64,000 nucleotides of DNA, from assembly GCA_043819095.1 (NCBI GenBank), contig JBDRFF010000020.1, positions 35,890-99,889 of the forward strand, written 5' to 3'. Source of the DNA: Candidatus Omnitrophota bacterium (GTDB taxonomy: Bacteria; Omnitrophota; Gorgyraeia; VGKH01). The notes beneath the pieces were generated by a model. The model was not told the origin of the DNA. It did not search any database and saw only the letters and a list, made by a program, of their open reading frames with translations. Shown piece after piece: positions 30,752 through 41,780 of the stretch. The position numbers and the translations under genes were made by a program. Within the stretch, counting starts at the first letter, position 1. Each line of letters begins with the position of its first letter.

Positions 30752-30780
30752 ACATTATCACAACCAACTATTAAAGTCAA
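30752..30780 (-). promoter_or_regulatory. Sigma70-type promoter for the OmpA/MotB gene
   Basis: TTGACT-17 bp-TAATGT with extended -10 TG, about 35 bp upstream of the start. Confidence 0.6.
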
Positions 30781-30819
30781 GCACTTATTGTGCTCGCTTT
30801 AGTCTAAATCGAACCTCTG

Positions 30820-32097
<1,278 letters not shown>

Positions 32098-32100
32098 TTA

Positions 32101-33351
32101 TTACCTTCCGTGGTAAAGTGACATAGTAAATATTTTTCCTGCGACCTTAGGATACTTTGCGATAAAAAGCAATTCCTCTGCGACTAGGGGCTTTTGATTA
32201 TGGACATTGGCGTATCGCACTAAATCCAATATCTCAGCAGCTTCCTTTTCGTCCTTAAAGGAAATCTGTAACTTCTCATAAACATTCCTGAATCCTTTTA
32301 TGCCGCTATATTCTCCAGCAGTGATATTTCTTCCGGTATCAATAATCTCTGGCTCGCCTCTGCCTAGTTCCTCAAAATCATAAAGCTCGTAATTGCGTCT
32401 GTCTTTAAGTGCTCCGTCGGCGTGAATTCCTGATTCGTGAGCAAAGGCATTGGCTCCGATACCTGGTTGATTTATTGGAATCGGCACTCCGAATGCATAT
32501 TCGGAGTATTTACATAATTTCCATGCAGTTTTTAGATTTATCTTTTCATCCAGAAGATATTCTTCGAAGCCGCTGCCGAATTTTATAGCTAATATAACGC
32601 TAACTAAATCAGCATTTCCAGCGCGCTCACCCATTCCGTTTACGCAGGTATTGATATAGGCATCAAAACCAGCGTCGTTAATTGCCTTTGCGCCGGCAAT
32701 TGAATTAGCTACAACCAAACCCAAATCATTGTGGCAATGGATTTCAATAGGTATTTCAATCGCATTGGCAAGCTGACTTACTCTATCATAAATTGTAAAT
32801 GGTGTATCGCAACCCAGGGTATCACAATAACGAATCCTATCAGCTCCAGAATCTTTGGCAGCAAGGGCAAATTCTATCAGATAATCCATTTTTGTGCGCG
32901 AGGCATCCTCGGCATTGACACCGATACTTTCCGCGCCGAGTTTCTTTGCCTTCTTAACTGCCTCAATCATCTCCCTGATTACGCCTTTATGATCGAGTTT
33001 TCCTTTGAATTTATGCGTAATCATCTGCTCGGAGGTAGAGATCGAAAGATTCACATGTTTCAATCCGGGGACCATTTTAAAAGCTGTCTGGACATCCGCG
33101 GGTGTTGCCCGCAACCAGCCACCTAAACGGATAGAATTAAAAGCTTTCTTTTCAACTAATTCCAGATTTGCATTTAAATAGTTTGTCTCGTGATGCGTGA
33201 TGGGAAAACCGAATTCACTCTGGAAGATTCCCATCTTATCCAGATAGTAATTGATCATTGTCTTCTGTAATTTCGAAAGACATATCCGCGATGTCTGGAC
33301 CCCGTCGCGATTAGTCACATCAATAATATAAATCTTTGGTTTATCTTGCAT
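32101..33351 (-). CDS. DRE-TIM acetyl-CoA condensing enzyme (homocitrate synthase family; probable Re-citrate synthase)
   Basis: DVTNRDGVQT, NAEDASR, YCDTLG, HCHNDLG, NGMGERAGNA, FAHESGIH; no LeuA regulatory domain. Confidence 0.8.
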   Translation of the reverse strand: MQDKPKIYIIDVTNRDGVQTSRICLSKLQKTMINYYLDKMGIFQSEFGFPITHHETNYLNANLELVEKKAFNSIRLGGWLRATPADVQTAFKMVPGLKHVNLSISTSEQMITHKFKGKLDHKGVIREMIEAVKKAKKLGAESIGVNAEDASRTKMDYLIEFALAAKDSGADRIRYCDTLGCDTPFTIYDRVSQLANAIEIPIEIHCHNDLGLVVANSIAGAKAINDAGFDAYINTCVNGMGERAGNADLVSVILAIKFGSGFEEYLLDEKINLKTAWKLCKYSEYAFGVPIPINQPGIGANAFAHESGIHADGALKDRRNYELYDFEELGRGEPEIIDTGRNITAGEYSGIKGFRNVYEKLQISFKDEKEAAEILDLVRYANVHNQKPLVAEELLFIAKYPKVAGKIFTMSLYHGR

Positions 33352-33361
33352 GGCTAAGCTC

Positions 33362-35140
33362 CTATTTTATTATTTTTTCTAATTCCTCAAACGTGGTTTT
33401 CTCTGTTGCCCCAAAAATTTCTTTGTTACCTAAAAGAAACAAAGGACCATAATAAATCTTTAGTTCCTCGGGCAATTTTATATTGTCTTTTAAAAGATCA
33501 TCAGCTTCCTGGCTTTTAGCACATTTTCTAATCGAATCTATATCCAATCCTAATTTAATAGCGCAATCATCCCACCAAGTGCTTTCGATATTATCTAACC
33601 TACAAAATAAGTAATCCCATAGATTATCAGTATATTTTTGCATTATACAAAGAACTCTCTTATTTTCTTCTATTTCGGCTATACCGCCCGGAGCCCTAAA
33701 TTCAGCCAAGGCCTCATCATAGACAGCAAGAAAATGAATATTGAAATTAAATTTAGCTCCTGGTTCATCCAGTAATTTTTTGGTTATCTCTAAAACATTT
33801 TTTGATCCCTTATTCCTTAAACTTATAAATAAATCCAATCTATCTTTCTCGGCTTTTCTTTCTAGGAAATAAGATACACCGATTACAAACGGATTCACCA
33901 TATAATAATTAGCATCTTTTTTTTCGATGATTTTTGTGTCTAACAAATTTTTAAAATTATTGTGCCTCGTTACTTCTTTACCAAGCAAAAATACAGGAAG
34001 CATGTTAATTTCGAATTTTTTGATTAAATCTTTTGCCTTCTTATCATCGCTATCTAGATGTATCGCAGAAAGTCCTGATATTCGGTCATTAAGTTGTTCT
34101 AGCGCTAAATCGATATTGCAGGTCTTACAATCTTTGGGGCTTATTACAGTTAAAGGCAACTTTAAATCTTCGCCGTAAACGCAAGTTGCATCTTTCTCTC
34201 CGGGCGATTCACAAATACCTCTTTGTTTACCTTTATAACATTCTTTATCCTGAAAACAAAGCGGCAAGAAATCTTTAATCTCAGTGGCATCAGGGATATT
34301 TTTATCCATGGGAAAATTCTTAGGTGCAATCCCTTTTATTTTACCGTCTTCCACGTCAAGCTCCAGGACTCCTAAGGTTCTTGTCCATGAATAAGGCTTT
34401 AAATATATTGCTGAGCCAATCTTATCCCCGGTTTTATACTTACTACTCATTACGCTTGAAATAATAATATCGATTCCATCTATCTTCTCTAATAATTGCT
34501 CATCCATTCCTAGGCCTAACTGACTTAATATTATCGTGATATCAACCTTTTTACCTTTCAGCTTTTTAATGTTATCCTTAACGACCTTTATTGTTTGCGC
34601 AATATCTTGTTTAATGCCTAAACCAGAATCTATCGGCGAGACTGCGACAATCCCAACTTTTGTCTTACCGAATTCTTTGATAACAAAAGGCGATAATCCG
34701 GGTAATTCTAGATTGCAAGACAAAAAATCAATATCGATTTTCTTGATAACATCCGATAAAAACTCTTTCCCGAAATTAAACTCTCCCTTGCCAACACCAA
34801 CGGCATCATAACCCATAATCTCCATTGCTTTAAAATATATCTCTGTTCGCTTCTTATCTAATCCTGGCTCTTGGCTATCGGGATCTTGTTCTCCTGAAGC
34901 AAAATAATCTCCGCTATCAAGTAATAAGAGATTTTGATACTGCTTACGCAGCTCTTTTATCTTTGTTGCCCGACGAGCTATTCCACCGTTTGGATTCTCG
35001 GGACATCTACAAGGATATAAGCTGGCGTGCGAATCACCTGAATAAACAATCGCTATCTTTTCTGCATACAAAAATTCATTAACAAATAAAACCGCAAAAC
35101 AACTCAATAAAAATATTAAAATTAATCTCTTAAGCATCAT
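33362..35140 (-). CDS. Exported UshA/5'-nucleotidase-like N-domain (CxC, degenerate active site) fused to Cys-rich thioredoxin/DsbA-like domains
   Basis: Signal peptide; YSGDSH..YPCRC...GGIARR, LLDSGD, MGYDA; later CKTC and conserved-looking Cys/Trp residues. Confidence 0.75.
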   Translation of the reverse strand: MMLKRLILIFLLSCFAVLFVNEFLYAEKIAIVYSGDSHASLYPCRCPENPNGGIARRATKIKELRKQYQNLLLLDSGDYFASGEQDPDSQEPGLDKKRTEIYFKAMEIMGYDAVGVGKGEFNFGKEFLSDVIKKIDIDFLSCNLELPGLSPFVIKEFGKTKVGIVAVSPIDSGLGIKQDIAQTIKVVKDNIKKLKGKKVDITIILSQLGLGMDEQLLEKIDGIDIIISSVMSSKYKTGDKIGSAIYLKPYSWTRTLGVLELDVEDGKIKGIAPKNFPMDKNIPDATEIKDFLPLCFQDKECYKGKQRGICESPGEKDATCVYGEDLKLPLTVISPKDCKTCNIDLALEQLNDRISGLSAIHLDSDDKKAKDLIKKFEINMLPVFLLGKEVTRHNNFKNLLDTKIIEKKDANYYMVNPFVIGVSYFLERKAEKDRLDLFISLRNKGSKNVLEITKKLLDEPGAKFNFNIHFLAVYDEALAEFRAPGGIAEIEENKRVLCIMQKYTDNLWDYLFCRLDNIESTWWDDCAIKLGLDIDSIRKCAKSQEADDLLKDNIKLPEELKIYYGPLFLLGNKEIFGATEKTTFEELEKIIK

Positions 35141-35152
35141 CTAAAACCTCCC

Positions 35153-36310
35153 CTAATGTTTAAGTATAATCAATAAAAACAGACCAAGTCCAAAAAATAC
35201 AAAAGCGGTTATAAGTTTTACCTTTGCAAGGTGCCTGCTGGCTAACTTTGCAAAAGTCTGGGAAGTCGTTCCCAAAAGCGCGAACAAAAATATCGCTAAT
35301 AACGGCACAATAAACATAAGATTATAAAGAATTAGATAAAACCAGGCCTTTGTTTTCAGTTCAGGAATACCTAAGACGTAAACGATCGTAGGCAGATACA
35401 ATTGTCCGGTGCAGACCGATTCTAAAAGTGAAACAATGAACCCACAGCTTAAAGCCGTAAGCATTAACCTAAGCAGAGTTCGACGCTTGTGACCTTCTTC
35501 TCTATCATCTGTCTTTTCCCTTATAGTTGATTGTATTCGCTTCTTTATAAAACCGGGAAGTTTTAATTTTACTCTCTCAGGATCCTTTGTCTTTTTAAAA
35601 ATCCACCAATCATATAAACTAATTGCCCCCAAAGTCAAAGCTAAAATAGCTGTAGTTAAATAAATCAAATATGAAAAGATAACAAAAAATGCCAGCCTTC
35701 TAAAAATCTCAAATAGGCCAAGACCGATCCATAGATAGGTAAAAAATACCGCCGTAATAAAGAAGCTTCCTAAGATTATAGTTTGTTTGCGGCTGTAACC
35801 TGCGAAGGTCAAAAAAGATATAAAAAATATAAGAACCGTAAACGCACAAGGGTTTATCCCGTCGATAAGACCGGCTGTAATTATGGTCAACCAACTAAAA
35901 GACCCGAAACGGCCTATCAACACTTCTTTTTGCGGACGTATATCGGCTAATAGCTTAACTGATAATATTGGCTGCTTAGGATCATTTGTATGAATATAGA
36001 TATATTTTATAGTTTTAGATGTAAAACCCGTTGTATTAAATAAAAATTTTATATCTAATCTATCGCCTGGTGCGACTTTAGCCTGTTTGCTTGGCTCAAG
36101 AATCTTTACACATCCGCAGTTTACCTTTAGTAAATCTACTAATAAGGCTTTATCGCCAGTGTTCTGAATTGCAAAGCTATGTTCATAGACCATTCCTTCT
36201 GCCATCTGCCCCAGATCAAATTCTTTATTGGCAATAGAAATCTCTGGAGACGCAAAAGAACTTACGGCGACAGAAAAAAACAATGTAATTAAAAGCGCGA
36301 TTCTTTTCAT
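35153..36310 (-). CDS. DUF1573 Ig-like domain fused to CcdA/DsbD-like transmembrane domain
   Basis: Signal peptide, FDLG..., NTGD, NCGC, TNDP; AGLIDGINPCAF and LESVCTGQLYLP membrane Cys motifs; about 6 TM helices. Confidence 0.8.
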   Translation of the reverse strand: MKRIALLITLFFSVAVSSFASPEISIANKEFDLGQMAEGMVYEHSFAIQNTGDKALLVDLLKVNCGCVKILEPSKQAKVAPGDRLDIKFLFNTTGFTSKTIKYIYIHTNDPKQPILSVKLLADIRPQKEVLIGRFGSFSWLTIITAGLIDGINPCAFTVLIFFISFLTFAGYSRKQTIILGSFFITAVFFTYLWIGLGLFEIFRRLAFFVIFSYLIYLTTAILALTLGAISLYDWWIFKKTKDPERVKLKLPGFIKKRIQSTIREKTDDREEGHKRRTLLRLMLTALSCGFIVSLLESVCTGQLYLPTIVYVLGIPELKTKAWFYLILYNLMFIVPLLAIFLFALLGTTSQTFAKLASRHLAKVKLITAFVFFGLGLFLLIILKH

Positions 36311-36314
36311 TGTT

Positions 36315-36530
36315 CTAACGACACCTGGCTTTTACTTCTTGTCTTAAATCCTCAAGCTTTTGAAGGATTTGATTTTGATTCTCTGATATCTTATTTAATT
36401 TGTCAATAATCCTAGCCTCAGCACTTACTTTTAATTCTGTATCTTGAGCTGTAGTATTCCTAAAATAAAAAGTGACCGAGAATGCTAAGAATACAAACAA
36501 TAGGACCAAAAGCAAAAAGAATCTTTTCAT
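36315..36530 (-). CDS. Small exported coiled-coil hypothetical protein
   Basis: Signal-like N-terminus, GAGGGGGG RBS, fits operon spacing. Confidence 0.7.
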   Translation of the reverse strand: MKRFFLLLVLLFVFLAFSVTFYFRNTTAQDTELKVSAEARIIDKLNKISENQNQILQKLEDLRQEVKARCR

Positions 36531-36548
36531 TACGCCCCCCCTCTATGA

Positions 36549-38129
36549 TTACAACTTTATTACCTTTGCAGAAATAATATGTTTTGATTTCTTAATTTGT
36601 TCTAAGACTTTTTCGGAAACAGGACTGTCAACATTTATTACAGAAATCGATTTGCCTCCGGCCTCTTTCCTGCCAAAGGTCATAAAAGCAATATTGATTT
36701 TATTTTTACCCAAAATTGTTCCAATAGTACCGATTATACCGGGTTTATCCTGATTATGGATAATAATCATGTAACCTTGCGGCACAGCCTCGACATAATA
36801 ATCCTCCAATTTGACAATTCGGGGCTTGTTGTTACTTGAAAGCGTTCCCGCAACGGTAATCTTTGTTTTATCGGTGACAACTTGCAGAGAGATTAAATTA
36901 ACAAATTCTTCTTCTGTGGCGGATTTTGATTCCTGAACCTTGATGCCTCTTTCTTTCGCAAGGCTAAAAGCATTAACAAAATTCACCGTTTCCTGAACAA
37001 TGGGCTCAAGAATTCCCTTTATTAATGCTAATGTCAAAGGCTCAGTCTTTTGATTGGTTATCTGTCCGCTATAATTGATATCAACGCGCTTGATCCTACC
37101 TTGCACTAATTGACTTGAGAGCTGTCCTAATTTTTCCGAGAGATTTATATAAGGCTCTAGCATTTTGTAGGTTTCAGGCTCAACTGATGGAAAGTTAGCA
37201 GCATTGCGAATTCCTTTTCCTAACAACGCATCCCTGACTACTTCGGCAATCTCAATTGCGACGTTTACCTGCGCCTCTTCTGTTGAAGCTCCCAAGTGCG
37301 GTGTTGTTATCACATTATCTAATTTTAGTAACGGAGAATCTAGCGGAGGTTCTTTTTCAAACACATCAATCGCAGCTCCTGCAATCTTTCCTGCTTTGAT
37401 TGCTTTTTCCAATGCTTTCTCGTCGATAATTCCGCCTCTTGCACAGTTGACTATTTTTGCCGTCGTTTTCATTAGAGCAAATTCTTTATCGGAAATCATA
37501 TGTTTGGTTTCAGCGCTCAAAGGTGTATGAAGAGTTATGTAATCAGCCTTCTTGAGAAGATCTTTCAGCTCCACTACTTCAACACCTGCTTGTTTGGCAA
37601 CATCAAGTGAAAGAAAGGGATCATAAGCAATTATCTTCATTCCGAAAGATAATGCACGCTTGGCAACTTCTGAACCAATCCTTCCTAATCCCACGATTCC
37701 CAAAATCTTATTATGGAGTTCAGTACCCATAAATTTAGAGCGCTTCCATTCTCCGGCTTTCAAAGAAGCAGCTGATTGAGGGATGTTTCTAGATAGAGCT
37801 AGAATTAAACTCATTGTATGTTCTGCGGTGGAAATTGTATTTCCCGCGGGCGTATTCATCACGATGATGCCGCGACTAGTAGCAGCCGTTAAATCTACGT
37901 TATCCAATCCCACACCAGCTCGACCGATAACTCTCAAATTATCCGCCTTATCAATAATATCTTTTTTTAATTTTGTTCCGCTTCGTATGATAATCGCATC
38001 ATAATTTTTGATGATTTTTTTTAGCTCTTCGGGATCAAGACCAGTTTTAACATCAACCTGGATCTCTTTTTCCTTTTCTAAAATTTTAAGACCTTCTTGC
38101 GATAGTTTATCGCTGACTAAAACCTTCAT
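36549..38129 (-). CDS. serA: D-3-phosphoglycerate dehydrogenase
   Basis: GRAGVGLDNVD, GLGRIG, NCARGG, TPHLGAST; ASB and ACT domains. Confidence 0.96.
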   Translation of the reverse strand: MKVLVSDKLSQEGLKILEKEKEIQVDVKTGLDPEELKKIIKNYDAIIIRSGTKLKKDIIDKADNLRVIGRAGVGLDNVDLTAATSRGIIVMNTPAGNTISTAEHTMSLILALSRNIPQSAASLKAGEWKRSKFMGTELHNKILGIVGLGRIGSEVAKRALSFGMKIIAYDPFLSLDVAKQAGVEVVELKDLLKKADYITLHTPLSAETKHMISDKEFALMKTTAKIVNCARGGIIDEKALEKAIKAGKIAGAAIDVFEKEPPLDSPLLKLDNVITTPHLGASTEEAQVNVAIEIAEVVRDALLGKGIRNAANFPSVEPETYKMLEPYINLSEKLGQLSSQLVQGRIKRVDINYSGQITNQKTEPLTLALIKGILEPIVQETVNFVNAFSLAKERGIKVQESKSATEEEFVNLISLQVVTDKTKITVAGTLSSNNKPRIVKLEDYYVEAVPQGYMIIIHNQDKPGIIGTIGTILGKNKINIAFMTFGRKEAGGKSISVINVDSPVSEKVLEQIKKSKHIISAKVIKL

Positions 38130-38155
38130 TTAATTCCTCCGTTTTTTGAGAAAAA

Positions 38156-39295
38156 TTACAATTTAGATAATACTGTTTCTGCGGCTTTTACGCCAGCTCC
38201 TGATTGAATTTTATAACCCATCTCATTCAATACTTTCTCAAGAGTAGAAATTGCTAAAATAATATCTTTTTTATTTATATAGCCCATATGAGCAATTCGA
38301 AATATCTTTCCTTTTAATTGAGCTTGGCCTCCGGCGATAGAGACTTTGTATTTATCTCTCATAGTCTTGACTAATTTTCCTCCGTCAATCCCGTCGGGAA
38401 CTCTCACTGAAGTTACTGCATTAGAAGCACATTTTTTTTCTGCAAAGGGCTTAAGCCCTAAGGCTGACGTTGCTGATTTAACTGCTTCGCCCATTAAGCT
38501 GCAGCGCTTAAATATATTTTGAAGGCCTTCTTTCTTCATCAACTTTATGCTCTCATTTAAAGCGATAACTAAAGCTATAGCTGGCGTGTATGGCGTTGTA
38601 GTTTTATCCAAAGATTTCTTTGCTGCTCTTAAATCAAAATAATATCTCGGAGACATTGATGTTTGAATCAATTTAGCTGCTTTCGGACTAACGCTGATGA
38701 ATCCAAGACCAGGCGGAAGCATCAATCCTTTTTGTGAGCCTGATGCAACTACATCAACGCTCCAGTTGTCAACCTGGATATCAACTACTCCTAATCCGCT
38801 TATGGCATCGACAACTAAGCAGGCATCGGTCTTTTTTACAACCTCACCAAGTGCCTTTATATCTACATCTACGCCTGTAGAGGTCTCAGTCAAAGTAACA
38901 AAAACAGCTTTTATGTCTTTATCGGATTTTAATTTCTCTTCGATAATTTTTGGGTCAACTGCTTTTCCCCATTCAACATCAATTACTATTGGCTTGGCAT
39001 TATAACTTTTGCAAAGTTCCGTCCATCTCTCTCCAAATTTCCCACCTTGAACAGTTATAGCTTTATTTCCGGGAGAAAGTAGATTTGCAACTGCGGCCTC
39101 CATCGCACCTGTTCCTGACGAAGCAAGAATAAATATATCGTTTTTAGTCTGAAAAATATATTTAAGACCTTCTTGCGCCTCTTTTAAAATTGCCTCGAAT
39201 TGAGGCGTACGATGGTGGATTATGGGTTGAGCCAGCGCCTTGCGTACTTCTGGCGGTAAAGGAGTCGGCCCCGGTGTCAATAGATGCTGTTCCAT
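38156..39295 (-). CDS. Class V PLP aminotransferase (AGT/serine-pyruvate family)
   Basis: LLTPGPT, SSGTGAME, ETSTG, VDAIS, GSQKGLMLPPG, FRIAHMG. Confidence 0.92.
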   Translation of the reverse strand: MEQHLLTPGPTPLPPEVRKALAQPIIHHRTPQFEAILKEAQEGLKYIFQTKNDIFILASSGTGAMEAAVANLLSPGNKAITVQGGKFGERWTELCKSYNAKPIVIDVEWGKAVDPKIIEEKLKSDKDIKAVFVTLTETSTGVDVDIKALGEVVKKTDACLVVDAISGLGVVDIQVDNWSVDVVASGSQKGLMLPPGLGFISVSPKAAKLIQTSMSPRYYFDLRAAKKSLDKTTTPYTPAIALVIALNESIKLMKKEGLQNIFKRCSLMGEAVKSATSALGLKPFAEKKCASNAVTSVRVPDGIDGGKLVKTMRDKYKVSIAGGQAQLKGKIFRIAHMGYINKKDIILAISTLEKVLNEMGYKIQSGAGVKAAETVLSKL

Positions 39296-39306
39296 TTTTT
39301 AATACC

Positions 39307-39909
39307 TCACTTTTTCTTAGCGGTGATTACTTCATCAATTATTCCATAGTCTTTTGCTTCTTCTGGCGTCATAAAGAAATCCCTGTCGCTATCTTTCTGA
39401 ATCTTATCTAACGATTGTCCGGTATGCTGGGATAGAATCTCGTTGATTTTGTCTTTTAAGCGTAATATCTCTTTAGCTTGGATAGAAATATCTGCTGCCT
39501 GACCCTGCACTCCGCCCCAAGGTTGATGAATCATTATTCGGGAATGCGGAAGTGCGTATCGCTTTCCTTTTGTTCCAGCCGCAAGCAGTAATGCGCCCAT
39601 GCTCGTCGCCTGTCCCACACAATAAGTGGAGACATCGGGCTTAACAAATTGAATCGTATCATAAACTGCTAATCCTGATGTTACCGAACCACCCGGAGTG
39701 TTAATATAAAGGCTTATCTCTTTATTTACATCTTCCATTTGCAGGAAAAGCATTTGAGCGATAATGAGATTCGCCACTGTATCATCAACCGGGGTGCCGA
39801 CGAAAATTATTCTGTCTTTAAGCAAACGGGAATAGATATCGTATGCCCTTTCCGTCCTCCCTGTCGACTCTACGACCATAGGAACTAATGTTTGATATTT
39901 TTCTACCAT
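39307..39909 (-). CDS. clpP: ATP-dependent Clp protease proteolytic subunit
   Basis: [34 protein letters not shown]. Confidence 0.97.
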   Translation of the reverse strand: MVEKYQTLVPMVVESTGRTERAYDIYSRLLKDRIIFVGTPVDDTVANLIIAQMLFLQMEDVNKEISLYINTPGGSVTSGLAVYDTIQFVKPDVSTYCVGQATSMGALLLAAGTKGKRYALPHSRIMIHQPWGGVQGQAADISIQAKEILRLKDKINEILSQHTGQSLDKIQKDSDRDFFMTPEEAKDYGIIDEVITAKKK

Positions 39910-39919
39910 GCCAACCTCC

Positions 39920-40804
39920 TTATTGCCATTTGGCCTCTTTTAATAAAAATTCTATTACCCTACTGGCTTTTTGCTCGGGTTTCTCTACCTGTATATTTTC
40001 AAGCTCTGCGATTTTATCAAGAATAAAATAAACCTTTACGTCGTTTATCGCAGTCTGCCTTAATTGTTCTCTAAGCTCTTTATCTTTTGATTCGACTTCT
40101 TCTTTTTTTGTACCCTGCATAGTCATACGATGTTTTGCTTCTTGTACTAAATAATCAAGTTGTTTTTCAATAGAGCTTTTAGGAACTTCAAGTTCAGAAT
40201 TTTTAAGCAATTGCTGGATTATTTGGTTTTCCATATCAATCCTTGTTTGCTGAGCCTTAGCAAGATCAAGCTGCTTTTTGATTGTCTCTTTCAATTCATT
40301 GAGGTCTAGGTAACCTAGCCCCTTGGCAAAAGAATCGTCGAACGTGACATTCTTATCCAGGCCTTTTGATTCGCGAAGAAAATCAAGGCTTTTATTGACA
40401 TCCTCATCAGTTACGGCGGCCTTCTTTCTCTTTACGTCGAGGCCTTTGTGCTTTTTGATTTTTACTTCCGGAATTATCTCGAAAGTTGCCTTAAAAGAAA
40501 AACCTCCCTCTTTAAATGCCACGTCGGAAACCTCGGGTAAATTCACAGGCATCAATTTTTCTTTTTCTAAGGCCTCACGATATGAATTAGGAATTAAGTC
40601 CTTTATTACCTCTTCTCTTGCAAGCTTGCTATGCTGTGCCTGTACCATGGGCATCGGCGCCATGCCTGGACGAAATCCCTTAATATGCGCTTTTTTTTGA
40701 ATCTCCTTATAGACATCGTCAAATTTCTTATCAACGACTTCCTTGGGAAGGTCTATAATCATTTCTCTTTTACAGACATCAATTTTCTTAAGCGTTGTCT
40801 TCAT
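39920..40804 (-). CDS. tig: Trigger factor, short form
   Basis: GFRPG(M)AP ribosome-binding motif, C-domain; 294 aa; upstream of clpP. Confidence 0.88.
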   Translation of the reverse strand: MKTTLKKIDVCKREMIIDLPKEVVDKKFDDVYKEIQKKAHIKGFRPGMAPMPMVQAQHSKLAREEVIKDLIPNSYREALEKEKLMPVNLPEVSDVAFKEGGFSFKATFEIIPEVKIKKHKGLDVKRKKAAVTDEDVNKSLDFLRESKGLDKNVTFDDSFAKGLGYLDLNELKETIKKQLDLAKAQQTRIDMENQIIQQLLKNSELEVPKSSIEKQLDYLVQEAKHRMTMQGTKKEEVESKDKELREQLRQTAINDVKVYFILDKIAELENIQVEKPEQKASRVIEFLLKEAKWQ

Positions 40805-40815
40805 ATTAATCCTTT

Positions 40816-41058
40816 AATGAGCGCTTGGCTTATGGAATCCGCCAAAGTTCTGTGGCGGATGACATAAGTCAACTGCGCGAATTGAACCCCCCACCACTTT
40901 TAGCAAGGGCCTTCATTTTATGTAGGACGTTTATCCTTCTTTTCAAACCCACCAAATTTAATTCCACCGTTATTTCTAAAAGTGGTGGGGGGTAAGTTCG
41001 AACATATAACTTATGTTCCTCCGACGCCTCGTCGGAGTCCATAAGTTATGTCCTCACT
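40816..41058. repeat. Structured intergenic element, copy E (lptB to tig)
   Basis: AATGA-GCGC-TTGGCTTATG..CATAAGTCAA-CT-GCGC-GAATTGAACCCCCCACCACTTTTAG..CTAAAAGTGGTGGGGGGT..GAACA-TA-TAACTTATG..CATAAGTTA-TGTCC-TCACT. Confidence 0.9.
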
Positions 41059-41780
41059 TACATTCTGAATTTTTCTCCCAGATAAATCTGTCTTGTCTTG
41101 GGATCATTGATTAACTCATCCGCACTGCCTGAAATCAAGATTCTTCCTTCGGCAATCAAATAGGCCCTATCCGTAATAGAAAGTGTCTCGCGGACATTGT
41201 GATCGGTAAGTAAAATTCCTAACCCTTTAGCCTTCAATTCCTTTATTATTTCTTGCGCTTCGGCGACAATAATAGGATCGATTCCAGAGAAAGGCTCATC
41301 TAAAAGTATAAAAGACGGATTAGTCACCAATGCGCGCGTTATCTCTAGCCTTCTCCTTTCCCCGCCAGAAAGGGTAAATGCCTTATTTTTTGCCAGATGG
41401 GAAATGTTTAATTCGTTTAATAATTTTTCTAATCTTTTCTTTCTCTCTCTGCGGCTAATATCCAGTGTTTCCAAGATTGCCATAATGTTTTCTTCAACCG
41501 TAAGTTTTCGAAATATTGATTCATCCTGAGGAAGATAGCCCATGCCTAAGCGGCAGCGCTCGTGTATGGCATAGCGCGTAATCTCTTTCTGGTCAAAAAA
41601 GATCTTTCCTCCTTCTGACGGAACTATACCTACGATCATATAAAATATCGTGGTCTTGCCTGCGCCGTTGGGGCCAAGAAGCCCGACGATCTCTCCCCTT
41701 TTAATGGAGAAACCGACTCCATCGACAACCTTGCGACCGTTGTAAGATTTAGCTAGCCCCTCAGTTTCCAAAAGACGCAT
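41058..41780 (-). CDS. lptB: LPS export ABC transporter ATPase
   Basis: GLLGPNGAGKTT, GYLPQ..SIFRKL, LSGGERRRLE, LLDEPF, TDHNVRETL, YLGE.F. Confidence 0.96.
   Translation of the reverse strand: MRLLETEGLAKSYNGRKVVDGVGFSIKRGEIVGLLGPNGAGKTTIFYMIVGIVPSEGGKIFFDQKEITRYAIHERCRLGMGYLPQDESIFRKLTVEENIMAILETLDISRRERKKRLEKLLNELNISHLAKNKAFTLSGGERRRLEITRALVTNPSFILLDEPFSGIDPIIVAEAQEIIKELKAKGLGILLTDHNVRETLSITDRAYLIAEGRILISGSADELINDPKTRQIYLGEKFRM

Noticed and set aside
32101-33351. nifV / nitrogen fixation
   Set aside because: No nif genes in the window and the sequence fits another DRE-TIM subfamily better.
34995-35020. Selenocysteine in the CxC motif of the UshA-like protein
   Set aside because: Both codons are TGT and there is no in-frame TGA.
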